From a virus (lineage: Duplodnaviria > Heunggongvirae > Uroviricota > Caudoviricetes): DNA of 28,792 nucleotides. The position numbers were made by a program, and so were the translations under genes. The stretch spans positions 1 to 28,792 of IMG/VR virus record IMGVR_UViG_2778261570_000004. The stretch is one strand, 5' to 3'. The notes beneath the pieces are model-generated. The model was given only the letters and a program-made list of their open reading frames with translations. It did no database searches and was not told the origin of the DNA. This document shows positions 1 to 8,092 of this stretch, one piece after another (within the stretch, counting starts at the first letter, position 1; each line of letters begins with the position of its first letter).

Positions 1-55
<55 letters not shown>

Positions 56-157
56 CCTCACCGAAGCAGGTTACTACTGCTTTGAGGCGCGCAGTGCCGC
101 TGAAGCCATAAAAGCTATCACGGAATATGTTTGTCTTGATTAAACGGAGAAATCGTT

Positions 158-358
158 TTGCGTTTACTTAACGTGGCTGAACTTATCCCTGCTGGTGCTA
201 ACGTTGTTGCTCGCCGTCGTTCCTGGCAGCAACCATTGTGTGTTGAGTTGTTGAAACACAGCAATGGAACAATAGAGGCTCGGAATATTGTCACTGGTGA
301 TAAGGTTCACATTACCCCGGAAAGTACAGGCGCTGATGATTGGGAGTTTGTACATTGA
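158..358 (+). CDS. hypothetical small protein (66 aa, TTG start)
   Basis: ORF from track; GGAGA about 8 nt upstream of TTG; no recognisable motif; overlaps next ORF. Confidence 0.3.
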   Translation: MRLLNVAELIPAGANVVARRRSWQQPLCVELLKHSNGTIEARNIVTGDKVHITPESTGADDWEFVH

Positions 359-654
359 GCAAAAAATATCATGTGAACCTGGCGTTTGCCGATGACGCCG
401 GGAGGACGCGGAGCATTACGCTCAACACCGCCCGCAAGGTGGTAACAGCGCCTTTAATCCGGGAAGCCCTCAGGGAGCTGGAAATGGGGGAGAACTCGAC
501 CCTTTTGTCGGTTAGTTGGTTAGGGAAAATGTCAGAGAAGGAATACGTAGACGGAGTTACTCCAATGACAGCCATGAGGCTGCTTTCATTGCTGCAATGG
601 GCTATCGTACCGGTATGCATCGTGTATTTTATCTACCAGGCAATGACACAATAA
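355..654 (+). CDS. small protein with C-terminal hydrophobic anchor (about 99 aa; track ORF 340..654 in same frame)
   Basis: Preferred TTG at 355 preceded by GGGAG; C-terminal LLSLLQWAIVPVCIVYFIY segment; followed by intrinsic terminator. Confidence 0.4.
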   Translation: MSKKYHVNLAFADDAGRTRSITLNTARKVVTAPLIREALRELEMGENSTLLSVSWLGKMSEKEYVDGVTPMTAMRLLSLLQWAIVPVCIVYFIYQAMTQ

Positions 655-660
655 CCGCTC

Positions 661-690
661 AAAAACCCGCCGATTAGCGGGTTTTTTGTT
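661..690 (+). terminator. rho-independent terminator
   Basis: CCCGC-cgatta-GCGGG stem-loop followed by TTTTTT. Confidence 0.6.
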
Positions 691-726
691 TATCACATCT
701 TTCGATCTTGTTCTCATACTAATAAA

Positions 727-747
727 ATATGTTAGAAAACTAATTTT
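727..747. promoter_or_regulatory. operator-like motif copy 1 (ATATGTTAGAAAACTAATTTT) overlapping promoter-like AT-rich region
   Basis: Member of a motif family recurring at least 9 times in the window; sits about 20 bp upstream of the 757 ORF. Confidence 0.5.
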
Positions 748-756
748 GCAAAAACA

Positions 757-1977
757 ATGGGAACTGCAATGAGTCAACAAACTGATACTTCTAATCTGGA
801 AATCATCTCAGCCGCGATTGAAACGCTGCGGACACAGATCGCCCTTATTCAAAAGCGGAATCCGGGGGATGACCTGTCCAGACGGTTACATGAGAGCGTC
901 ATTGCCACGACTGATAACCTGGTCGCGGAGATCAACCAGCTACTTGAGGAAGGGACGGTTGATTACAACAAGCTGGTGGATCAGTTTGAGGAATATCAAC
1001 AAGCTGTTAATGATGGCTTGCTCCGTTTTTCACGAGTCACAGGCGTATCAGCGACAGTTGAAAGTCTTGGCGATGCTGTTAATCAATTTGCCGCGAGTAT
1101 GCGTAGTGAGATCGGCAATCTGGAAGCGCGTCTTGAACAGGCAAACACACTGCGCAAATCCGCAGAAGCCGATTTGAGTCGTTACAAAAAAGACTATCCA
1201 GCCAGCCTGTCAAAACGACTGGATGTTGCGGAGAAGGATAACCGTGCGCTGAAAAGAGAGCGTCGGGAACTAAAAGAGCGTTTAACAGAGCTGAATCAGC
1301 AGTGCATTAAGTATCAAGGCGAAGGTGTCACACTGCGTAAAAAGTTAGCAGCAGCGCAGAACATTATTGAAACGCTGAAACGAGAGTGTTCACAGCTTGG
1401 TCATGATCTGAACCGCGCTTGTGGTATGGGACAAAGGCCAGAGACATTCCCGCTCATGTATGACGGGGTGGATGCTATTGCCTATATCCATGAGTACCCG
1501 CATGGTCTGGTTGCGGAGACTGGTCAGCGTGGTGAAGCTCTGTTGACGGCTAATTACCATCAACAAATTAGAACCAACCGCCTGCTGACGATGGATGTGA
1601 TCCCATCAGTATGGGGAACGCCGCTTTACTATCGCCTGCCCGGCTTCGAAACGGACTGGAATACCGATATAGACGAATGCCTGGCAGATAAAATTATGGC
1701 GTACCTGGAGACTGATTTCCCGCGCCTGCATCGCCGGATTATGGACTCTAAGGATGCGCCGATCGATGAATTGAAAATGCGCCCAGAGACGTTGGAAGCT
1801 ATCAAACAGACTGCGTTTGATACCGTATTCAGCGTGGCCTGTATCCCAAGTAGTTTTCATGAAAGCATCCCCTTTATGCAGGGCGACCGTCGTCAAGAAA
1901 TTATTGATGCCTGCCGGGTGTGGGCTAACGAATGGGACAAGAAGAATGGGGGCGTAGAAGATCTTTATGGGAAATAA
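757..1977 (+). CDS. coiled-coil protein of unknown function (406 aa; start may be ATG at 769)
   Basis: Long ORF; N-terminal half heptad-rich with charged residues, C-terminal globular region; bracketed by operator-like motifs. Confidence 0.6.
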   Translation: MGTAMSQQTDTSNLEIISAAIETLRTQIALIQKRNPGDDLSRRLHESVIATTDNLVAEINQLLEEGTVDYNKLVDQFEEYQQAVNDGLLRFSRVTGVSATVESLGDAVNQFAASMRSEIGNLEARLEQANTLRKSAEADLSRYKKDYPASLSKRLDVAEKDNRALKRERRELKERLTELNQQCIKYQGEGVTLRKKLAAAQNIIETLKRECSQLGHDLNRACGMGQRPETFPLMYDGVDAIAYIHEYPHGLVAETGQRGEALLTANYHQQIRTNRLLTMDVIPSVWGTPLYYRLPGFETDWNTDIDECLADKIMAYLETDFPRLHRRIMDSKDAPIDELKMRPETLEAIKQTAFDTVFSVACIPSSFHESIPFMQGDRRQEIIDACRVWANEWDKKNGGVEDLYGK

Positions 1978-1996
1978 TATGTTAGAAATCTAATTT
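1977..1996. promoter_or_regulatory. operator-like motif copy 2 (ATATGTTAGAAATCTAATTT)
   Basis: Same motif family, immediately after the stop of the 757..1977 ORF. Confidence 0.45.
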
Positions 1997-2132
1997 CATT
2001 AAAAGAACATATTGATTGTGAGAGTAACTTAACTTAGAATTTTCCTTGCTGGTGGAGCGTTGCCACATTTCGCTTGCTGGGCTTGATAGTCACTTATTGG
2101 TTGTTGTTCGCCCACCAGCAAATAACAAATTA

Positions 2133-2150
2133 AAGTGTTAGAAAATTACA
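2133..2150. promoter_or_regulatory. operator-like motif copy 3 (AAGTGTTAGAAAATTACA)
   Basis: Same motif core GTTAGAAAA. Confidence 0.4.
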
Positions 2151-2634
2151 TGCATACAGGGACTCGCTTTGGCACCGAGCAAGCCAAAGTTCAGCAGGTT
2201 TAGTGCGTAAAGTGGTTTCAGAGAGAGCACTTTACGGAGTAAACAACAAGACATGTTGAGCCACGGAAGGTCTTTTTAAGATGTTCATTGATGATGGTCC
2301 GGCAGAGAGTAACGGGACTCGCCGCATCGAATCATCATCAATGCACATCCTCAACATTAAGGAGGCATAGGGATTTTTTTGTGGCGATTACCTTTTGCCC
2401 TAAGTCTCCTTAATGTTGCGGTAATGCACCTATGCGGATGCGGCCTTGCATTGTGTCTTGAAAGAATGGGGTAAGGCCGGGGATATCCCCAGGGGGAGGC
2501 ACCCCCGCTGCAACGAACAGCCACAGACGGCAGTCGAGTGATGGAAACGTGCAAAGACTTTAAACCTCGTTACGGCTGGCGTGGCAAACGCGACAACCGA
2601 GACAGAGCGGTGACGGGCGGAGAGAGTGCCGCAT

Positions 2635-2756
2635 CAAGAAAGAAGCCGACTTGTGATCCCTTTCTGCGGGCATTTGAAAGTGAATCCAGCTCAGGCAGTC
2701 GGCTTCTTTCTTGTGTGAGATGTAGCGTATTTGCCCATCTTCGGGTGGGCTTTTTT
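2635..2756 (+). ncRNA. candidate structured small RNA: 17-bp perfect inverted repeat hairpin followed by intrinsic terminator
   Basis: CAAGAAAGAAGCCGACT (2635-2651) pairs perfectly with AGTCGGCTTCTTTCTTG (2697-2713); GCCCA-loop-TGGGC plus T6 at 2733-2756; no credible CDS. Confidence 0.35.
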
Positions 2757-2930
2757 AGGGTTTTCGTCATGGTTAGCGACTTTGCGGCGGTTTAGAACCC
2801 GACCATTAAAGTAAATGCAAACGATGATCTGATGATGGTAGCGGCCTAAGAAGCCTGACGCCACGGGGTATGAGTCGTCCCCCGTCAAAAAATCGACCGC
2901 AGAGTGTCCCCGTCTGTGTATTAGGGAACG

Positions 2931-3026
2931 GGGAGGCATAACAGGCAAGGGCGCTGGTGTGATTAACCAGATGAATGAGAAGGGTCAGGTCTTTCTGGTC
3001 AGCGCCCTTACCTGTTACGTCCCTCC
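2931..3026. repeat. long imperfect hairpin, module copy 1 (ACAGGCAAGGGCGCTG / CAGCGCCCTTACCTGTT)
   Basis: About 26-bp stem with one G-U position; shares ACAGG-AAGGG / CCCTTACC-GTTG arms with copies at 3373, 3583 and 4993. Confidence 0.45.
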
Positions 3027-3216
3027 CGCGTAACAGCCATTGATTAATGGCTTTCTGGGATAACATCCTACTACGGGTATATCCCGTCATGCTGAAGGCG
3101 CTAATCACGCTGGAAGCCAGGGTTGTGCATCCCCTGTTACCGAATTGCAGCCAGGGCGCGGTGCGCCGAAAAGCATACGGAGGTGGAAGCCCTCGCCGGA
3201 GACGTACCCGGCAAGT

Positions 3217-3292
3217 GATGGTGTAGCTCAGCGGTTAGAGCGGTTGACTGTTAATCAACGGGTCGATGGTTCAAATCCATCCACCATCGCCA
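3217..3292 (+). tRNA. tRNA-Asn (anticodon GTT)
   Basis: Manual cloverleaf: acceptor GATGGTG/CACCATC, D-arm GCTC..GAGC, anticodon loop CTGTTAA, T-arm GATGG-TTCAAAT-CCATC, encoded CCA. Confidence 0.85.
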
Positions 3293-3294
3293 AT

Positions 3295-3370
3295 GCCGGT
3301 TTAGCTCAGTTGGTAGAGCGCCTGCCTTGTAAGCAGGATGTCAGCGGTTCGAGTCCGTTAATCGGCACCA
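3295..3370 (+). tRNA. tRNA-Thr (anticodon TGT)
   Basis: Manual cloverleaf: acceptor GCCGGTT/AATCGGC (one G-U), anticodon stem CCTGC/GCAGG with loop CTTGTAA, T-loop TTCGAGT, encoded CCA. Confidence 0.85.
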
Positions 3371-3372
3371 GC

Positions 3373-3460
3373 ACAACAGGTAAGGGTATTTTGCGACGTC
3401 GGAGATCGCCGAGCTTGGCAGAGGGTTCGAATCCCTACGAAGTACCCTTACCGTTGTGAT
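3373..3460. repeat. hairpin module copy 2, containing a T-arm-like GGTTCGAATCC (tRNA-like remnant)
   Basis: Arms ACAACAGGTAAGGG / CCCTTACCGTTGTG; internal AGGGTTCGAATCCCT; does not fold as a canonical 76-nt tRNA. Confidence 0.4.
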
Positions 3461-3582
3461 GAATGCGCAGGCTGATGCGCGAAAGACATTGCAGCTATTG
3501 CGGAAAAGAGCTGTTCGGCGGGGCAATTAAACGCCCGTGAGAGTCTGAAATAACCGCAAGCCGGAGATCAGCACCGGTCATC

Positions 3583-3657
3583 ACAACACAACAGGTAAGG
3601 GCATTCTCCCTTATGGGGCTTGGCTTAAATGCATCGAGTGCTCTTACCGTTGTGATG
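3583..3657. repeat. hairpin module copy 3
   Basis: CATCACAACACAACAGGTAAGGG ... CTCTTACCGTTGTGATG. Confidence 0.4.
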
Positions 3658-4018
3658 AAGTGCAGCTCTTTGAAGCAACCAGAAGATAAGCATCTGGCTT
3701 CACAACATAAACCGCAGGAACGACCAATAAACGGTAGTCCGTATGGAGAACACCCCGTTGAGGAAGAGGCCTGGCCGGAACCGTAACCGGCACTATAACG
3801 TTGAGAACACTGGCGTAACGGGTTCATATCCCAATCTACAGGTCCACCAGGAATGCTCTTTCCGTTGCGGTGAATGCGGCTAAGCGCACGCGGAACAGTT
3901 AAAACAATCCTCCTTAATGGTTAAACATTCCGACGTTAATTGTTAACTGGTTAACGTCACCGGGAGGCACTCGGCACCGCAATCTAATAAATATGTCACT
4001 TTTATTGAGGGATAACCA

Positions 4019-4453
4019 ATGTTCGGTAAATTGTTCGGCAAGAAAGTCGCTTCTGCAAAAGTAGAGCTGAAAAAAGTTGAGAATCGCGATCTGATGGAGG
4101 CCATCATCGGTGGCTGTTTGTTGGTGTCTGCCGCTGATGGTGAAATCGAAAAAGAAGAAACAGCGAAACTTGATCAGCTTGTCCGCTCTAATCCGCGTCT
4201 TAGTCATTTTGGTAACGAAATTACTGCAACAATTACCCGCTTTACCGAGCAACTGGAAGCTGGCTTCCGTGTTGGTCGCATGAATATCCTTCGCGAAATT
4301 GAAGATATCAAAAACGATCCAAAAGAAGCGGAAGAAGTATTCGTTAACATGCTGACAATTGCAGAAGCGGACGGTGAAATCGAGCCAGCAGAACACAAAG
4401 TACTGGAAGAAGTAGGCCGTCGTTTAGGTCTTCGTGTGGAAGATTATCTGTAA
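4019..4453 (+). CDS. TerB-like protein (tellurite-resistance TerB family; resembles P1 TciA)
   Basis: Repeated ADGEIE...E motif (SAADGEIEKEE, AEADGEIEPAEH) typical of TerB; SD GAGGGA before ATG. Confidence 0.65.
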   Translation: MFGKLFGKKVASAKVELKKVENRDLMEAIIGGCLLVSAADGEIEKEETAKLDQLVRSNPRLSHFGNEITATITRFTEQLEAGFRVGRMNILREIEDIKNDPKEAEEVFVNMLTIAEADGEIEPAEHKVLEEVGRRLGLRVEDYL

Positions 4454-4617
4454 TGGCAAGCAAGGCACGTATCGCAATCGCCATTGGTTTTCTCTTGCTG
4501 TCCGTGCTGGTGGATTTCACCAGCACAATCCTGTCAGTTTTATCGGACGGGGCGTTGGTGGCAGTAGCTGTAACATTGGTATGGCCGATATTAAAAACAG
4601 CTTCTAAGGATCAGTGA
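4453..4617 (+). CDS. small hydrophobic peptide (54 aa), translationally coupled (TAATG)
   Basis: MASKARIAIAIGFLLLSVLVDF...; stop/start overlap with TerB-like gene; below track size cutoff. Confidence 0.45.
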   Translation: MASKARIAIAIGFLLLSVLVDFTSTILSVLSDGALVAVAVTLVWPILKTASKDQ

Positions 4618-4724
4618 TGGGCTTCTGGGATTTTGCTGACAAGCATCCAATTGTTCTCGTTGTCATTGCTGGCATAGTTGTAGGCGGTATTGCTGGCGTC
4701 ATAGAAGCACTCAGGAAACAGTAA
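4617..4724 (+). CDS. small hydrophobic peptide (35 aa), translationally coupled (TGATG)
   Basis: MGFWDFADKHPIVLVVIAGIVVGGIAGVIEALRKQ; stop 4 nt before the tRNA. Confidence 0.4.
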   Translation: MGFWDFADKHPIVLVVIAGIVVGGIAGVIEALRKQ

Positions 4725-4727
4725 TCC

Positions 4728-4803
4728 GGCCCTTTAGCTCAGTGGTTAGAGCTGGCGACTCATAATCGCACGGTCACCGGTTCAAGTCCGGTAGGGGCCA
4801 CCA
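4728..4803 (+). tRNA. tRNA with anticodon CAT, ileX-like (Ile2 if lysidine-modified, otherwise Met)
   Basis: Acceptor GGCCCTT/AGGGGCC, anticodon loop CTCATAA, T-arm CCGG-TTCAAGT-CCGG, encoded CCA; strongly resembles E. coli ileX as recalled. Confidence 0.85.
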
Positions 4804-4992
4804 TATTTGGTTGTAACACGGCGTCTGGCACATGCGTCGTTAGCGGTCTGGTGACGTTAAAAGGGGGGAACCTTGCCCCTAGCTCAGGCAACGAACCAGG
4901 TAGCCGGAATGTGCAAGCCACCGTTTGTTGTTTCTCGGGTAAAGGGATTCACCATCCTGGCGATTCGGTGTGACAGCCGGGAAGAGTACGGC

Positions 4993-5045
4993 GCACAACA
5001 GGAAAAGGCGTTTAATTAACGTGAGCGCCGTTTCCGTTGTGGTAA
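4993..5045. repeat. hairpin module copy 5 (ACAACAGGAAAAGGCG / CGCCGTTTCCGTTGTGG)
   Basis: Same arm family as 2931, 3373, 3583. Confidence 0.35.
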
Positions 5046-5262
5046 TTGCGGCTATGCGCTCGTGACGAAGCCATTTTCATTCACTACGTTCTGATAAGTG
5101 ACGTCGCCAGGAGTGGCTAACCTGGCAGGTGGAGGCACCACCGCCACAACTCCTTTCAATTCATCATATAGCCGCTCAGGCTGTAACCCTTAATTAATAC
5201 GAAGTTTCGACATCTCTATCGGTTTAACCGAGGGATGGTCGCGCGTGTAAAAAGGAGACGTT

Positions 5263-5838
5263 ATGTTAACGGCGAACGATAACGCGTATGCAGAAGCAGA
5301 TCTCATATTCAGTGACTTCATCGGTCAGCGGGAACGCTGGACACAAAAGCGAGAGGAACTTTATGCCTCGTTAGTTCGCAAAGGTGTCAACATTGAAACC
5401 GCTCAAAGCGGCGATATGACGGTAGTCAGTGTTGGATTACATGGTGTGAGCGTGTCCGCAGCCAATCATGAGCCATACGTAGCGTTATCCGAGTCGATGG
5501 CAAGGCTAATTAAGTTTCTGAAGCAAACAGAAGCCAATAATGTTTTCATCGCCAAAAAGAACATCAATTTTTCTGCCGCCATGTTCTGGATGATGAAGGG
5601 GCTGGATGCCCGCCGGGCATCATGGCCTAAAGGGAGCTATTTATCGATGTTCCGTGGCAGCATTGGCAGCAAAGAAAAGCTCTTCGAATTCTTGCCGGAA
5701 GAGGCATTCGATATTGTGGAAGGGTGCGATGTGATGGTTATGCCTCGCCTGGTAATGATGAATGGGGATTTACAGGCGCAGACAGACTGGTTCGCAACTG
5801 GCGTGGATATTATCGCAACTGACTGGGAGGCATTCTGA
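5263..5838 (+). CDS. hypothetical protein with C-terminal DUF2829-like domain (191 aa)
   Basis: SD AAGGAG; C-terminal AAMFWMMKGLDARRASWPKGSYL...QTDWFATGVDIIATDWEAF resembles the DUF2829 pattern. Confidence 0.6.
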   Translation: MLTANDNAYAEADLIFSDFIGQRERWTQKREELYASLVRKGVNIETAQSGDMTVVSVGLHGVSVSAANHEPYVALSESMARLIKFLKQTEANNVFIAKKNINFSAAMFWMMKGLDARRASWPKGSYLSMFRGSIGSKEKLFEFLPEEAFDIVEGCDVMVMPRLVMMNGDLQAQTDWFATGVDIIATDWEAF

Positions 5839-6230
5839 TGTACGAGACAACAAAATTAAGCATTCACGAAGTCTCCAACGTGGAGTGGAATATCGTCACC
5901 TGTAAGATTGTATCGTGTAATGCTGCGCGTACTGATGCAGGCCATAAGAGCACGATAACAGGCTACATGGTAATGGCTTATAGGGGATTGAGAGTTCGCT
6001 TTATCTGGAAAGCTCGGCAATTGACACCATTCAGAGAGCCGTCAATGCCATTAGAGGTAGAACAGGATTATTTAAGCCTGCCGGAAATAGACGGTGCAAC
6101 GCTGGTGGATTCTGATGGTCGTAAGGCTGATTTTGAAGTCAGCTTAAAGGTGGCGCAGGCCGTAATTAATAACTCACGTGGTAAGTGGATCGCTAAGGTA
6201 AAACACGTCGTTCGCTTATCTCGCTGGTAG
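5838..6230 (+). CDS. hypothetical protein (130 aa), coupled to upstream gene (ATGA overlap)
   Basis: ORF with start overlapping preceding stop. Confidence 0.5.
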   Translation: MYETTKLSIHEVSNVEWNIVTCKIVSCNAARTDAGHKSTITGYMVMAYRGLRVRFIWKARQLTPFREPSMPLEVEQDYLSLPEIDGATLVDSDGRKADFEVSLKVAQAVINNSRGKWIAKVKHVVRLSRW

Positions 6231-6338
6231 TGTTAGATGAATGGAATTAATTTTCTAATATAACCAACTTTTTGCCAGTCTATACAGAAATAACATTCTC
6301 ATTATCATCCCCTCGGTCATTTCCTGCCCGGGGGATTA

Positions 6339-6731
6339 ATGGAGCATATCAGCAGCGCAGAAATTGCGGATATCATGATTAGGGCTGACTGCTATCTGAC
6401 AGTCACCGAAATTACCACTCTAGCTAAAGAAAAATATCCTCACCTTCATGTTTCACGCGTAAGTGTAACCAACATCATTCGGCATTTTGTGCGGTCAAGC
6501 CGAGCTATTTGTGAGCTTGATGATCGTGTTTACCCACGGAAATACTGGTTGCATGGCCTGAACGGATATCAGTTCAAGGTGCGCGGGCGCACCCCTGAAT
6601 ACGGCAGTTTGCTGGTTAAAAACTGTAGCCGGAAGTCTGCAGAACTGGCGCGACAAGAGCAGCGCAAGCTGGTGGACATGGCTAATAAGCTGTGGAATGC
6701 CGCAGTTAAAAAGCGTGGTGTTGCTTTATGA
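6339..6731 (+). CDS. hypothetical protein immediately upstream of terminase genes (130 aa)
   Basis: ORF; 4-nt overlap with terminase small subunit gene; position analogous to a late-gene activator in P1-type phages, not verified. Confidence 0.55.
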   Translation: MEHISSAEIADIMIRADCYLTVTEITTLAKEKYPHLHVSRVSVTNIIRHFVRSSRAICELDDRVYPRKYWLHGLNGYQFKVRGRTPEYGSLLVKNCSRKSAELARQEQRKLVDMANKLWNAAVKKRGVAL

Positions 6732-8092
6732 GCCTTGTTAATTGGGAAGAGCACCGCGCCAAATTTATAGCGTTGCGTGAAGAAAAAGGGATCACCGTAA
6801 AGGAATACTGCGAGCAACACGACCTTAGCTTCAATACCGCCAGAAAGCATCTCAATATGAAAAAAAATGAGGTGCGGTCGCAGGTGAAGACTACAAAAAA
6901 AAGCACCAAATCACCTGAAAAAAAACGGGCAGGAAGAGCAAAAAAAAGGCCAGAAGAGGGTACAGAAACAACAAAATTTACAGAAACTGACAATTCACAG
7001 AGCGGAAGTTCTTTCCGGAGCATGCCGAGAAAGAAAACTTCGGATCATAAAAATAACGACAATAATAACAATGAGATAAAAGAATCTGTCAGGAGATCAT
7101 TGCGCGAAAAAATGGCGAAAATGATCCCCACCGAAGATAAATGCGCCTCAAAAATCGAGGGATCTTCAGCAATGATCCCTGGCGGTGCTGTGCAGCGTGC
7201 CACGTTGCCCACTACGAGTGTGGCTCGCGACATGATGAAGAACGGCGCAGAAGAGCACCTGCGGTTAGCAATTCAAATGGCGCAAGAACGCGCACTTCAG
7301 TACCAAAGCATTGTTGATCAGGAGGCCGAACGCCTACAGGCGGAGATAGACGCCCTGGGTGATGAACAGCCAGAAGGAATGCACCCTGGGCAGCGACTTC
7401 TCGGTCTAATCAGTGACGCGGCCTACTACATGAACGATTTTATCAGTAGGTTGGCAGCGATATATCAGTCCGAACAAAAGCTGCGACAGGGTGATGAAAA
7501 ACTTCGTCAGGGTGCTCGCCAGCAAGCATTCAGAGAGGCCGAGGCCAGAGAAAAACTCGAATTAGCACGCCTACAGGCCGAACAGCGTGGCAAAGAGATT
7601 GAATATCGCATTGGCGCTGACGCACGCGCAGCCAGAGTTATCGCCGCCGCTATACGTATGCGTGAGCGCGAGGAGCTGGACGATATCGGTGTTGCTGAAT
7701 ACATCGAGCGTCAGGGTGTCAGTGTCCCGGCTATCCTCGCGGCGCGCGCGGCGAAAGCTATCACTCTTCTCGAACCTCCAGTTTCTGACATCAATGATGT
7801 TGATGATGAACAGCTGGACAAAGAAGCGAAGGAGTTTGCATCGCTTCAGGCTAACCATCCGCAATGGCTGGCAGAGCGCCGGGCGGATGTGGCAACCATT
7901 GTTGAAGATCTGGGGTGCGGAGATTACGACCACAATGGCGAGCGTAAGGCTGGGGAATTCGAGGCCAACGATGAAGAGTTGGACATTGACCCTTCGGCAA
8001 CGGCTGAAATTTACGGTGATTATGATGCATCAGATGCAGGGTATGACGCCGGAGATGATGATATTGCGATAGAACCGCCGGAGGATGACTAA
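6728..8092 (+). CDS. terminase small subunit-like protein (PacA-like)
   Basis: N-terminal HTH-like segment, Lys-rich linker, coiled coil, acidic C-terminal tail; TAATG-coupled to large subunit. Confidence 0.6.
   Translation: MSLVNWEEHRAKFIALREEKGITVKEYCEQHDLSFNTARKHLNMKKNEVRSQVKTTKKSTKSPEKKRAGRAKKRPEEGTETTKFTETDNSQSGSSFRSMPRKKTSDHKNNDNNNNEIKESVRRSLREKMAKMIPTEDKCASKIEGSSAMIPGGAVQRATLPTTSVARDMMKNGAEEHLRLAIQMAQERALQYQSIVDQEAERLQAEIDALGDEQPEGMHPGQRLLGLISDAAYYMNDFISRLAAIYQSEQKLRQGDEKLRQGARQQAFREAEAREKLELARLQAEQRGKEIEYRIGADARAARVIAAAIRMREREELDDIGVAEYIERQGVSVPAILAARAAKAITLLEPPVSDINDVDDEQLDKEAKEFASLQANHPQWLAERRADVATIVEDLGCGDYDHNGERKAGEFEANDEELDIDPSATAEIYGDYDASDAGYDAGDDDIAIEPPEDD

Noticed and set aside
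818-1177. 119-aa ORF in an alternative frame inside the 757..1977 gene
   Set aside because: Nested within a longer, better supported ORF.
2538-2795. 85-aa forward ORF in the structured region
   Set aside because: Reads through a 17-bp perfect hairpin and an intrinsic terminator; no SD; more likely non-coding.
3145-3459. 104-aa ORF spanning the tRNA-Asn and tRNA-Thr genes
   Set aside because: It is the translation of two tRNA genes (typical AQLVERL artefact); no SD.
3914-4396. 160-aa reverse-strand ORF
   Set aside because: Antisense to the TerB-like gene, which has a recognisable motif and SD; compositionally odd (Phe/Cys-rich).
7587-8072. 161-aa ORF in an alternative frame inside the small-terminase gene
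   Set aside because: Nested; the main frame has the HTH and acidic-tail features.
6728-8092. P1-type pac site (clustered TGATCA hexamers) inside the small-terminase gene
   Set aside because: Only isolated TGATCA or GATC occurrences seen, not the clustered arrangement; pac location remains unknown.
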